Assembly: GCA_964057225.1 (NCBI GenBank)
Contig: OZ059900.1
Location: forward strand, 13,454,001-13,518,000
DNA length: 64,000 nt
Direction of reading: 5' to 3'
Source: Auanema rhodensis
Lineage: Eukaryota > Animalia > Nematoda
Positions 1 through 13,300 of the stretch are shown piece by piece. Position 1 is the stretch's first letter, and each line of letters opens with the position of its first letter. Position numbers and translations under genes: made by a program. A model generated the notes under the pieces. That model did not search any database and was not told the origin of the DNA. It saw only the letters and a list, made by a program, of their open reading frames with translations.

Positions 1-1124
1 CCTGAATAGATATGGTTTAATCACCCAAGTTAGAGGTAGTATCTCAATCTAACCAGAGAACTTCTGAGTTGGAAATACATTTTGGAAAGCACACCATGAG
101 TGTGCAATATTGAAAACTGTTTGTCTTAGTATGATTATATGACACTATAGATGCCAAAGCAGAACAAATTTGAATATGAACATGACGCGTCTTTTACATT
201 ATAGTTTGACCGGATAAAGTTTTGTATAGATTTGTACACTGAGCACATATACGGCGATAGGCTAGAACAGTTCATAAGTTTCCTGAATAGATATGGTTTA
301 ATCACCCAAGTTAGAGGTAGTATCTCAATCTAACCAGAGAACTTCTGAGTTGGAAATACATTTTGGAAAGCACACCATGAGTGTGCAATATTGAAAACTG
401 TTTGTCTTAGTATGATTATATGACACTATAGATGCCAAAGCAGAACAAATTTGAATATGAACATGACGCGTCTTTTACATTATAGTTTGACCGGATAAAG
501 TTTTGTATAGATTTGTACACTGAGCACATATACGGCGATAGGCTAGAACAGTTCATAAGTTTCCTGAATAGATATGGTTTAATCACCCAAGTTAGAGGTA
601 GTATCTCAATCTAACCAGAGAACTTCTGAGTTGGAAATACATTTTGGAAAGCACACCATGAGTGTGCAATATTGAAAACTGTTTGTCTTAGTATGATTAT
701 ATGACACTATAGATGCCAAAGCAGAACAAATTTGAATATGAACATGACGCGTCTTTTACATTATAGTTTGACCGGATAAAGTTTTGTATAGATTTGTACA
801 CTGAGCACATATACGGCGATAGGCTAGAACAGTTCATAAGTTTCCTGAATAGATATGGTTTAATCACCCAAGTTAGAGGTAGTATCTCAATCTAACCAGA
901 GAACTTCTGAGTTGGAAATACATTTTGGAAAGCACACCATGAGTGTGCAATATTGAAAACTGTTTGTCTTAGTATGATTATATGACACTATAGATGCCAA
1001 AGCAGAACAAATTTGAATATGAACATGACGCGTCTTTTACATTATAGTTTGACCGGATAAAGTTTTGTATAGATTTGTACACTGAGCACATATACGGCGA
1101 TAGGCTAGAACAGTTCATAAGTTT
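1..1124. repeat. Four identical 281-bp monomers (type A)
   Basis: Units at 1, 282, 563 and 844 share TATGG, AATCACC, GTTTGT, GCAGAA, AAAGTTTTGTATAGATTTG and TGAGCAC; no differences seen among them. Confidence 0.9.
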
Positions 1125-1342
1125 CCTGAATAGATATGGTTTAATCACCCAAGTTAGAGGTAGTATCTCAATCTAACCAGAGAACTTCTGAGTTGGAAAT
1201 ACATTTTGGAAAGCACACCATGAGTGTGCAATATTAAAAACTGTCTGTCTTAGTATGATTATATGACACTATAGATGCCAAAGCAAAACAAATTTGAATA
1301 TGAACATGACGCGTCTTTTACATTATAGTTTCACCGGATAGA

Positions 1343-1372
1343 GCTTTGTATAGCTTTGAATAGCTTTGTACA
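1343..1372. repeat. Internal 10-bp subrepeat (GCTTTGTATA) at monomer position 219: 2 copies in 281-bp units, 3 copies in 291-bp units (first 3-copy example given)
   Basis: GCTTTGTATA GCTTTGAATA GCTTTGTACA here, and GCTTTGTATA GCTTTGTATA GCTTTGTACA at 55911-55940 and in other long units. This accounts for the whole 10-bp length difference. Confidence 0.95.
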
Positions 1373-4300
1373 CTGATCACATATACGGCGATAGGCTAGA
1401 ACAGTTCATAAGTTTCCTGAATAGATTTGGTTTAATTACCCAAGTTAGAGGTAGTATCTCAATCTAACCAGAGAACTTCTGAGTTGGAAATACATTTTGG
1501 AAAGCACACCATGAGTGTGCAATATTGAAAACTGTTTGTCTTAGTATGATTATATGACACTATAGATGCCAAAGCAAAACAAATTTGAATATGAACATGA
1601 CGCGTCTTTTACATTATAGTTTCACCGGATAAAGCTTTGTATAGCTTTGTACACTGATCACATATACGGCGATAGGCTAGAACAGTTCATAAGTTTCCTG
1701 AATAGATTTGGTTTAATTACCCGAGTTAGAGGTAGTATCTCAATCTAACCAAAGAACTTCTGAGTTGGAAATACATTTTGGAAAGCACACCATGAGTGTG
1801 CAATATTGAAAACTGTTTGTCTTAGTATGATTATATGACACTATAGATGCCAAAGCAAAACAAATTTGAATATGAACATGACGCGTCTTTTACATTATAG
1901 TTTCACCGGATAAAGCTTTGTATAGCTTTGTACACTGATCACATATACGGCGATAGGCTAGAACAGTTCATAAGTTTCCTGAATAGATTTGGTTTAATTA
2001 CCCAAGTTAGAGGTAGTATCTCAATCTAACCAGAGAACTTCTGAGTTGGAAATACATTTTGGAAAGCACACCATGAGTGTGCAATATTGAAAACTGTTTG
2101 TCTTAGTATGATTATATGACACTATAGATGCCAAAGCAAAACAAATTTGAATATGAACATGACGCGTCTTTTACATTATAGTTTCACCGGATAAAGCTTT
2201 GTATAGCTTTGTACACTGATCACATATACGGCGATAGGCTAGAACAGTTCATAAGTTTCCTGAATAGATTTGGTTTAATTACCCGAGTTAGAGGTAGTAT
2301 CTCAATCTAACCAAAGAACTTCTGAGTTGGAAATACATTTTGGAAAGCACACCATGAGTGTGCAATATTGAAAACTGTTTGTCTTAGTATGATTATATGA
2401 CACTATAGATGCCAAAGCAAAACAAATTTGAATATGAACATGACGCGTCTTTTACATTATAGTTTCACCGGATAAAGCTTTGTATAGCTTTGTACACTGA
2501 TCACATATACGGCGATAGGCTAGAACAGTTCATAAGTTTCCTGAATAGATTTGGTTTAATTACCCAAGTTAGAGGTAGTATCTCAATCTAACCAGAGAAC
2601 TTCTGAGTTGGAAATACATTTTGGAAAGCACACCATGAGTGTGCAATATTGAAAACTGTTTGTCTTAGTATGATTATATGACACTATAGATGCCAAAGCA
2701 GAACAAATTTGAATATGAACATGACGCGTCTTTTACATTATAGTTTGACCGGATAAAGTTTTGTATAGATTTGTACACTGAGCACATATACGGCGATAGG
2801 CTAGAACAGTTCATAAGTTTCCTGAATAGATTTGGTTTAATCACCCAAGTTAGAGGTAGTATCTCAATCTAACCAGAGAACTTCTGAGTTGGAAATACAT
2901 TTTGGAAAGCACACCATGAGTGTGCAATATTAAAAACTGTCTGTCTTAGTATGATTATATGACACTATAGATGCCAAAGCAAAACAAATTTGAATATGAA
3001 CATGACGCGTCTTTTACATTATAGTTTCACCGGATAGAGCTTTGTATAGCTTTGAATAGCTTTGTACACTGATCACATATACGGCGATAGGCTAGAACAG
3101 TTCATAAGTTTCCTGAATAGATTTGGTTTAATTACCCAAGTTAGAGGTAGTATCTCAATCTAACCAGAGAACTTCTGAGTTGGAAATGCATTTTGGAAAG
3201 CACACCATGAGTGTGCAATATTGAAAACTGTCTGTCTTAGTATGATTATATGACACTATAGATGCCAAAGCAAAACAAATTTGAATATGAACATGACGCG
3301 TCTTTTACATTATAGTTTGACTTGTTAAAGCTTTGTATAGCTTTGTACACTGATCACATATACGGCGATAGGCTAGAACACTTCATAAGTTTCCTGAATA
3401 GATTTGGTTTAATTACCCAAGTTAGAGGTAGTATCTCAATCTAACCAGAGAACTTCTGAGTTGGAAATACATTTTGGAAAGCACACCATGAGTGTGCAAT
3501 ATTGAAAACTGTTTGTCTTAGTATGATTATATGACACTATAGATGCCAAAGCAAAACAAATTTGAATATGAACATGACGCGTCTTTTACATTATAATTTG
3601 ACCGGATAAAGCTTTGTATAGCTTTGTACACTGATCACATATACGGCGATAGGCTAGAACACTTCATAAGTTTCCTGAATAGATTTGGTTTAATCACCCA
3701 AGTTAGAGGTAGTATCTCAATCTAACCAGAGAACTTCTGAGTTGGAAATACATTTTGGAAAGCACACCATGAGTGTGCAATATTGAAAACTGTTTGTCTT
3801 AGTATGATTATATGACACTATAGATGCCAAAGCAAAACAAATTTGAATATGAACATGACGCGTCTTTTACATTATAGTTTGACCGGATAAAGCTTTGTAT
3901 AGCTTTGTATAGCTTTGTACACTGATCACATATACGGCGATAGGCTAGAACACTTCATAAGTTTCCTGAATAGATTTGGTTTAATTACCCAAGTTAGAGG
4001 TAGTATCTCAATCTAACCAGAGAACTTCTGAGTTGGAAATACATTTTGGAAAGCACACCATGAGGGTGCAATTTTAAAAACTGTCTGTCTTAGTATGATT
4101 ATATGACACTATAGATGCCAAAGCAAAACAAATTTGAATATGAACATGACGCGTCTTTTACATTATAGTTTGACTTGTTAAAGCTTTGTATAGCTTTGTA
4201 CACTGATCACATATACGGCGAGAGGCTAGAACAGTTTATAAGTTTCCTGAATAGATTTGGTTTAATTACCCAAGTTAAAGGTAGTATCTCAATCTAACCA

Positions 4301-7300
4301 GAGAACTTCTGAGTTGGAAATACATTTTGGAAAGCACACCATGAGTGTGCAATATTGAAAACTGTCTGTCTTAGTATGATTATATGACACTATAGATGCC
4401 AAAGCAAAACAAATTTGAATATGAACATGACGCGTCTTTTACATTATAATTTGACCGGATAAAGCTTTGTATAGCTTTGTACACTGATCACATATACGGC
4501 GATAGGCTAGAACAGTTTATAAGTTTCCTGAATAGATTTGGTTTAATTACCCAAGTTAAAGGTAGTATCTCAATCTAACCAGAGAACTTCTGAGTTGGAA
4601 ATACATTTTGGAAAGCACACCATGAGTGTGCAATATTGAAAACTGTCTGTCTTAGTATGATTATATGACACTATAGATGCCAAAGCAGAACAAATTTGAA
4701 TATGAACATGACGCGTCTTTTACATTATAGTTTGACCGGATAAAGCTTTGTATAGCTTTGTATAGCTTTGTACACTGATCACATATACGGCGATAGGCTA
4801 GAACAGTTCATAAGTTTCCTGAATAGATTTGGTTTAATTACCCAAGTTAGAGGTAGTATCTCAATCTAACCAAAGAACTTCTGAGTTGGAAATACATTTT
4901 GGAAAGCACACCATGAGTGTGCAATATTGAAAACTGTCTGTCTTAGTATGATTATATGACACTATAGATGCCAAAGCAAAACAAATTTGAATATGAACAT
5001 GACGCGTCTTTTACATTATAGTTTCACCGGATAGAGCTTTGTATAGCTTTGTATAGCTTTGTACACTGATCACATATACGGCGATAGGCTAGAACAGTTC
5101 ATAAGTTTCCTGAATAGATTTGGTTTAATTACCCAAGTTAGAGGTAGTATCTCAATCTAACCAAAGAACTTCAGAGTTGGAAATACATTTTGGAAAGCAC
5201 ACCATGAGTGTGCAATATTAAAAACTGTCTGTCTTAGTATGATTATATGACACTATAGATGCCAAAGCAAAACAAATTTGAATATGAACATGACGCGTCT
5301 TTTACATTATAGTTTCACCGGATAAAGCTTTGTATAGCTTTGTACACTGATCACATATACGGCGATAGGCTAGAACAGTTCATAAGTTTCCTGAATAGAT
5401 TTGGTTTAATTACCCAAGTTAGAGGTAGTATCTCAATCTAACCAAAGAACTTCTGAGTTGGAAATACATTTTGGAAAGCACACCATGAGTGTGCAATATT
5501 GAAAACTGTTTGTCTTAGTATGATTATATGACACTATAGATGCCAAAGCAAAACAAATTTGAATATGAACATGACGCGTCTTTTACATTATAGTTTCACC
5601 GGATAAAGCTTTGTATAGCTTTGTACACTGATCACATATACGGCGATAGGCTAGAACAGTTCATAAGTTTCCTGAATAGATTTGGTTTAATTACCCAAGT
5701 TAGAGGTAGTATCTCAATCTAACCAGAGAACTTCTGAGTTGGAAATACATTTTGGAAAGCACACCATGAGTGTGCAATATTGAAAACTGTCTGTCTTAGT
5801 ATGATTATATGACACTATAGATGCCAAAGCAAAACAAATTTGAATATGAACATGACGCGTCTTTTACATTATAATTTGACCGGATAAAGCTTTGTATAGC
5901 TTTGTACACTGATCACATATACGGCGATAGGCTAGAACACTTCATAAGTTTCCTGAATAGATTTGGTTTAATCACCCAAGTTAGAGGTAGTATCTCAATC
6001 TAACCAGAGAACTTCTGAGTTGGAAATACATTTTGGAAAGCACACCATGAGTGTGCAATATTGAAAACTGTCTGTCTTAGTATGATTATATGACACTATA
6101 GATGCCAAAGCAAAACAAATTTGAATATGAACATGACGCGTCTTTTACATTATAGTTTGACCGGATAAAGCTTTGTATAGCTTTGTATAGCTTTGTACAC
6201 TGATCACATATACGGCGATAGGCTAGAACAGTTCATAAGTTTCCTGAATAGATTTGGTTTAATTACCCAAGTTAGAGGTAGTATCTCAATCTAACCAAAG
6301 AACTTCTGAGTTGGAAATACATTTTGGAAAGCACACCATGAGTGTGCAATATTGAAAACTGTCTGTCTTAGTATGATTATATGACACTATAGATGCCAAA
6401 GCAAAACAAATTTGAATATGAACATGACGCGTCTTTTACATTATAGTTTCACCGGATAGAGCTTTGTATAGCTTTGTATAGCTTTGTACACTGATCACAT
6501 ATACGGCGATAGGCTAGAACAGTTCATAAGTTTCCTGAATAGATTTGGTTTAATTACCCAAGTTAGAGGTAGTATCTCAATCTAACCAAAGAACTTCTGA
6601 GTTGGAAATACATTTTGGAAAGCACACCATGAGTGTGCAATATTGAAAACTGTTTGTCTTAGTATGATTATATGACACTATAGATGCCAAAGCAGAACAA
6701 ATTTGAATATGAACATGACGCGTCTTTTACATTATAGTTTGACCGGATAAAGCTTTGTATAGCTTTGTACACTGATCACATATACGGCGATAGGCTAGAA
6801 CAGTTCATAAGTTTCCTGAATAGATTTGGTTTAATTACCCAAGTTAGAGGTAGTATCTCAATCTAACCAAAGAACTTCTGAGTTGGAAATACATTTTGGA
6901 AAGCACACCATGAGTGTGCAATATTAAAAACTGTCTGTCTTAGTATGATTATATGACACTATAGATGCCAAAGCAAAACAAATTTGAATATGAACATGAC
7001 GCGTCTTTTACATTATAGTTTCACCGGATAAAGCTTTGTATAGCTTTGTACACTGATCACATATACGGCGATAGGCTAGAACAGTTCATAAGTTTCCTGA
7101 ATAGATTTGGTTTAATTACCCAAGTTAGAGGTAGTATCTCAATCTAACCAAAGAACTTCTGAGTTGGAAATACATTTTGGAAAGCACACCATGAGTGTGC
7201 AATATTGAAAACTGTTTGTCTTAGTATGATTATATGACACTATAGATGCCAAAGCAGAACAAATTTGAATATGAACATGACGCGTCTTTTACATTATAGT

Positions 7301-7376
7301 TTGACCGGATAAAGCTTTGTATAGATTTGTACACTGAGCACATATACGGCGATAGGCTAGAACAGTTCATAAGTTT

Positions 7377-10300
7377 CCTGAATAGATTTGGTTTAATTAC
7401 CCAAGTTAGAGGTAGTATCTCAATCTAACCAGAGAACTTCTGAGTTGGAAATACATTTTGGAAAGCACACCATGAGTGTGCAATATTGAAAACTGTTTGT
7501 CTTAGTATGATTATATGACACTATAGATGCCAAAGGAAAACAAATTTGAATATGAACATGACGCGTCTTTTACATTATAGTTTGACCGGATAAAGCTTTG
7601 TATAGCTTTGTACACTGATCACATATACGGCGATAGGCTAGAACAGTTCATAAGTTTCCTGAATAGATTTGGATTTATTACCCAAGTTAAAGGTAGTATC
7701 TCAATCTAACCAGAGAACTTCTGAGTTGGAAATACATTTTGGAAAGCACACCATGAGTGAGCAATATTGAAAACTGTCTGTCTTAGTATGATTATATAAC
7801 ACTATAGATGCCAAAGCAAAACAAATTTGAATATGAACATGACGCGTCTTTTACATTATAGTTTGACTTGTTAAAGCTTTGTATAGCTTTGTACACTGAT
7901 CACATATACGGCGATAGGCTAGAACAGTTCATAAGTTTCCTGAATAGATTTGGTTTAATCACCCAAGTTAGAGGTAGTATCTCAATCTAACCAGAGAACT
8001 TCTGAGTTGGAAATACATTTTGGAAAACACACCATGAGTGTGCAATATTGAAAATTGTCTGTCTTAGTATGATTATATGACACTATAGATGCCAAAGCAA
8101 AACAAATTTGAATATGAACATGACGCGTCTTTTACATTATAGTTTCACCGGATAAAGCTTTGTATTGCTTTGTACACTGATCACATATACGGCGATAGGC
8201 TAGAACACTTCATAAGTTTCCTGAATAGATTTGGTTTAATCACCCAAGTTAGAGGTAGTATCTCAATCTAACCAGAGAACTTCTGAGTTGGAAATACATT
8301 TTGGAAAGCACACCATGAGTGTGCAATATTAAAAACTGTCTGTCTTAGTATGATTATATGACACTATAGATGCCAAAGCAAAACAAATTTGAATATGAAC
8401 ATGACGCGTCTTTTACATTATAGTTTCACCGGATAAAGCTTTGTATAGCTTTGTACACTGATCACATATACGGCGATAGGCTAGAACAGTTCATAAGTTT
8501 CCTGAATAGATTTGGTTTAATTACCCAAGTTAGAGGTAGTATCTCAATCTAACCAGAGAACTTCTGAGTTGGAAATACATTTTGGAAAGCACACCATGAG
8601 TGTGCAATATTAAAAACTGTCTGTCTTAGTATGATTATATGACACTATAGATGCCAAAGCAAAACAAATTTGAATATGAACATGACGCGTCTTTTACATT
8701 ATAGTTTCACCGGATAGAGCTTTGTATAGCTTTGTATAGCTTTGTACACTGATCACATATACGGCGATAGGCTAGAACAGTTCATAAGTTTCCTGAATAG
8801 ATTTGGTTTAATTACCCAAGTTAGAGGTAGTATCTCAATCTAACCAGAGAACTTCTGAGTTGGAAATACATTTTGGAAAGCACACCATGAGTGTGCAATA
8901 TTAAAAACTGTCTGTCTTAGTATGATTATATGACACTATAGATGCCAAAGCAAAACAAATTTGAATATGAACATGACGCGTCTTTTACATTATAGTTTCA
9001 CCGGATAGAGCTTTGTATAGCTTTGTATAGCTTTGTACACTGATCACATATACGGCGATAGGCTAGAACAGTTCATAAGTTTCCTGAATAGATTTGGTTT
9101 AATTACCCAAGTTAGAGGTAGTATCTCAATCTAACCAGAGAACTTCTGAGTTGGAAATACATTTTGGAAAGCACACCATGAGTGTGCAATATTAAAAACT
9201 GTCTGTCTTAGTATGATTATATGACACTATAGATGCCAAAGCAAAACAAATTTGAATATGAACATGACGCGTCTTTTACATTATAGTTTCACCGGATAGA
9301 GCTTTGTATAGCTTTGTATAGCTTTGTACACTGATCACATATACGGCGATAGGCTAGAACAGTTCATAAGTTTCCTGAATAGATTTGGTTTAATTAGCCA
9401 AGTTAGAGGTAGTATCTCAATCTAACCAGAGAACTTCTGAGTTGGAAATACATTTTGGAAAGCACACCATGAGTGTGCAATATTAAAAACTGTCTGTCTT
9501 AGTATGATTATATGACACTATAGATGCCAAAGCAAAACAAATTTGAATATGAACATGACGCGTCTTTTACATTATAGTTTCACCGGATAGAGCTTTGTAT
9601 AGCTTTGTATAGCTTTGTACACTGATCACATATACGGCGATAGGCTAGAACAGTTCATAAGTTTCCTGAATAGATTTGGTTTAATTAGCCAAGTTAGAGG
9701 TAGTATCTCAATCTAACCAGAGAACTTCTGAGTTGGAAATACATTTTGGAAAGCACACCATGAGTGTGCAATATTAAAAACTGTCTGTCTTAGTATGATT
9801 ATATGACACTATAGATGCCAAAGCAAAACAAATTTGAATATGAACATGACGCGTCTTTTACATTATAGTTTCACCGGATAGAGCTTTGTATAGCTTTGTA
9901 TAGCTTTGTACACTGATCACATATACGGCGATAGGCTAGAACAGTTCATAAGTTTCCTGAATAGATTTGGTTTAATTACCCAAGTTAGAGGTAGTATCTC
10001 AATCTAACCAGAGAACTTCTGAGTTGGAAATACATTTTGGAAAGCACACCATGAGTGTGCAATATTAAAAACTGTCTGTCTTAGTATGATTATATGACAC
10101 TATAGATGCCAAAGCAAAACAAATTTGAATATGAACATGACGCGTCTTTTACATTATAGTTTCACCGGATAGAGCTTTGTATAGCTTTGTATAGCTTTGT
10201 ACACTGATCACATATACGGCGATAGGCTAGAACAGTTCATAAGTTTCCTGAATAGATTTGGTTTAATTAGCCAAGTTAGAGGTAGTATCTCAATCTAACC

Positions 10301-13300
10301 AGAGAACTTCTGAGTTGGAAATACATTTTGGAAAGCACACCATGAGTGTGCAATATTAAAAACTGTCTGTCTTAGTATGATTATATGACACTATAGATGC
10401 CAAAGCAAAACAAATTTGAATATGAACATGACGCGTCTTTTACATTATAGTTTCACCGGATAGAGCTTTGTATAGCTTTGTATAGCTTTGTACACTGATC
10501 ACATATACGGCGATAGGCTAGAACAGTTCATAAGTTTCCTGAATAGATTTGGTTTAATTAGCCAAGTTAGAGGTAGTATCTCAATCTAACCAGAGAACTT
10601 CTGAGTTGGAAATACATTTTGGAAAGCACACCATGAGTGTGCAATATTGAAAACTGTTTGTCTTAGTATGATTATATGACACTATAGATGCCAAAGCAAA
10701 ACAAATTTGAATATGAACATGACGCGTCTTTTACATTATAGTTTCACCGGATAAAGCTTTGTATAGCTTTGTACACTGATCACATATACGGCGATAGGCT
10801 AGAACAGTTCATAAGTTTCCTGAATAGATTTGGTTTAATTACCCGAGTTAGAGGTAGTATCTCAATCTAACCAAAGAACTTCTGAGTTGGAAATACATTT
10901 TGGAAAGCACACCATGAGTGTGCAATATTGAAAACTGTTTGTCTTAGTATGATTATATGACACTATAGATGCCAAAGCAAAACAAATTTGAATATGAACA
11001 TGACGCGTCTTTTACATTATAGTTTCACCGGATAAAGCTTTGTATAGCTTTGTACACTGATCACATATACGGCGATAGGCTAGAACAGTTCATAAGTTTC
11101 CTGAATAGATTTGGTTTAATTACCCAAGTTAGAGGTAGTATCTCAATCTAACCAGAGAACTTCTGAGTTGGAAATACATTTTGGAAAGCACACCATGAGT
11201 GTGCAATATTGAAAACTGTTTGTCTTAGTATGATTATATGACACTATAGATGCCAAAGCAAAACAAATTTGAATATGAACATGACGCGTCTTTTACATTA
11301 TAGTTTGACTTGTTAAAGCTTTGTATAGCTTTGTACACTGATCACATATACGGCGATAGGCTAGAACACTTCATAAGTTTCCTGAATAGATTTGGTTTAA
11401 TTACCCAAGTTAAAGGTAGTATCTCAATCTAACCAGAGAACTTCTGAGTTGGAAATACATTTTGGAAAGCACACCATGAGTGTGCAATATTGATAACTGT
11501 TTGTCTTAGTATGATTATATGACACTATAGATGCCAAAGCAAAACAAATTTGAATATGAACATGACGCGTCTTTTACATTATAATTTGACCGGATAAAGC
11601 TTTGTATAGCTTTGTACACTGATCACATATACGGCGATAGGCTAGAACACTTCATAAGTTTCCTGAATAGATTTGGTTTAATCACCCAAGTTAGAGGTAG
11701 TATCTCAATCTAACCAGAGAACTTCTGAGTTGGAAATACATTTTGGAAAGCACACCATGAGTGTGCAATATTGAAAACTGTCTGTCTTAGTATGATTATA
11801 TGACACTATAGATGCCAAAGCAAAACAAATTTGAATATGAACATGACGCGTCTTTTACATTATAGTTTGACCGGATAAAGCTTTGTATAGCTTTGTATAG
11901 CTTTGTACACTGATCACATATACGGCGATAGGCTAGAACAGTTTATAAGTTTCCTGAATAGATTTGGTTTAATTACCCAAGTTAGAGGTAGTATCTCAAT
12001 CTAACCAGAGAACTTCTGAGTTGGAAATACATTTTGGAAAGCACACCACGAGTGTGCAATATTGAAAACTGTCTGTCTTAGTATGATTATATGACACTAT
12101 AGATGCCAAAGGAAAACAAATTTGAATATGAACATGACGCGTCTTTTACATTATAGTTTGACCGGATAAAGCTTTGTATAGCTTTGTACACTGATCACAT
12201 ATACGGCGATAGGCTAGAACAGTTCATAAGTTTCCTGAATAGATTTGGATTTATTACCCAAGTTAAAGGTAGTATCTCAATCTAACCAGAGAACTTCTGA
12301 GTTGGAAATACATTTTGGAAAGCACACCATGAGTGAGCAATATTGAAAACTGTCTGTCTTAGTATGATTATATAACACTATAGATGCCAAAGCAAAACAA
12401 ATTTGAATATGAACATGACGCGTCTTTTACATTATAGTTTGACTTGTTAAAGCTTTGTATAGCTTTGTACACTGATCACATATACGGCGATAGGCTAGAA
12501 CAGTTCATAAGTTTCCTGAATAGATTTGGTTTAATCACCCAAGTTAGAGGTAGTATCTCAATCTAACCAGAGAACTTCTGAGTTGGAAATACATTTTGGA
12601 AAACACACCATGAGTGTGCAATATTGAAAATTGTCTGTCTTAGTATGATTATATGACACTATAGATGCCAAAGCAAAACAAATTTGAATATGAACATGAC
12701 GCGTCTTTTACATTATAGTTTCACCGGATAAAGCTTTGTATTGCTTTGTACACTGATCACATATACGGCGATAGGCTAGAACACTTCATAAGTTTCCTGA
12801 ATAGATTTGGTTTAATCACCCAAGTTAGAGGTAGTATCTCAATCTAACCAGAGAACTTCTGAGTTGGAAATACATTTTGGAAAGCACACCATGAGTGTGC
12901 AATATTAAAAACTGTCTGTCTTAGTATGATTATATGACACTATAGATGCCAAAGCAAAACAAATTTGAATATGAACATGACGCGTCTTTTACATTATAGT
13001 TTCACCGGATAAAGCTTTGTATAGCTTTGTACACTGATCACATATACGGCGATAGGCTAGAACAGTTCATAAGTTTCCTGAATAGATTTGGTTTAATTAC
13101 CCAAGTTAGAGGTAGTATCTCAATCTAACCAGAGAACTTCTGAGTTGGAAATACATTTTGGAAAGCACACCATGAGTGTGCAATATTAAAAACTGTCTGT
13201 CTTAGTATGATTATATGACACTATAGATGCCAAAGCAAAACAAATTTGAATATGAACATGACGCGTCTTTTACATTATAGTTTCACCGGATAGAGCTTTG

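Noticed and set aside
61-77. CENP-B box resemblance (CTTC-tga-GTTGGAAA versus CTTCGTTGGAAACGGGA)
   Set aside because: It lacks the essential TTCG and CGGG residues and needs a 3-nt insertion to align.
133-151. SP6 phage promoter look-alike: TGACACTATAGA is a 12-nt exact match (15/19 to ATTTAGGTGACACTATAGA)
   Set aside because: The -12/-11 GG is missing, the common G141A variant breaks the match, and no vector sequence is present. The layered natural variation argues against a synthetic concatemer, so I treat it as chance.
185-190. ACGCGT as an MCB cell-cycle element
   Set aside because: It is a 6-mer with no gene nearby; it is useful only as a once-per-monomer MluI site.
1-281. Monomer as a tandem 5S rRNA, tRNA, snRNA or SL-RNA gene, or an rDNA spacer repeat
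   Set aside because: I recognise no 5S, tRNA cloverleaf, A/B box or SL sequence, and no rRNA flanks. An Infernal/Rfam scan would confirm this.
1-281. Monomer as an ancient dimer of ~140-bp halves
   Set aside because: By-eye comparison of 1-140 with 141-281 shows no collinear similarity. Only short repeats are visible (TTGGAAA x2 and the 10-bp subrepeat).
275-287. Heat-shock-element-like TAAgtTTCctGAA across the unit junction
   Set aside because: Only two perfect nGAAn units are present, and such short motifs are expected by chance in AT-rich DNA. There is no supporting evidence.
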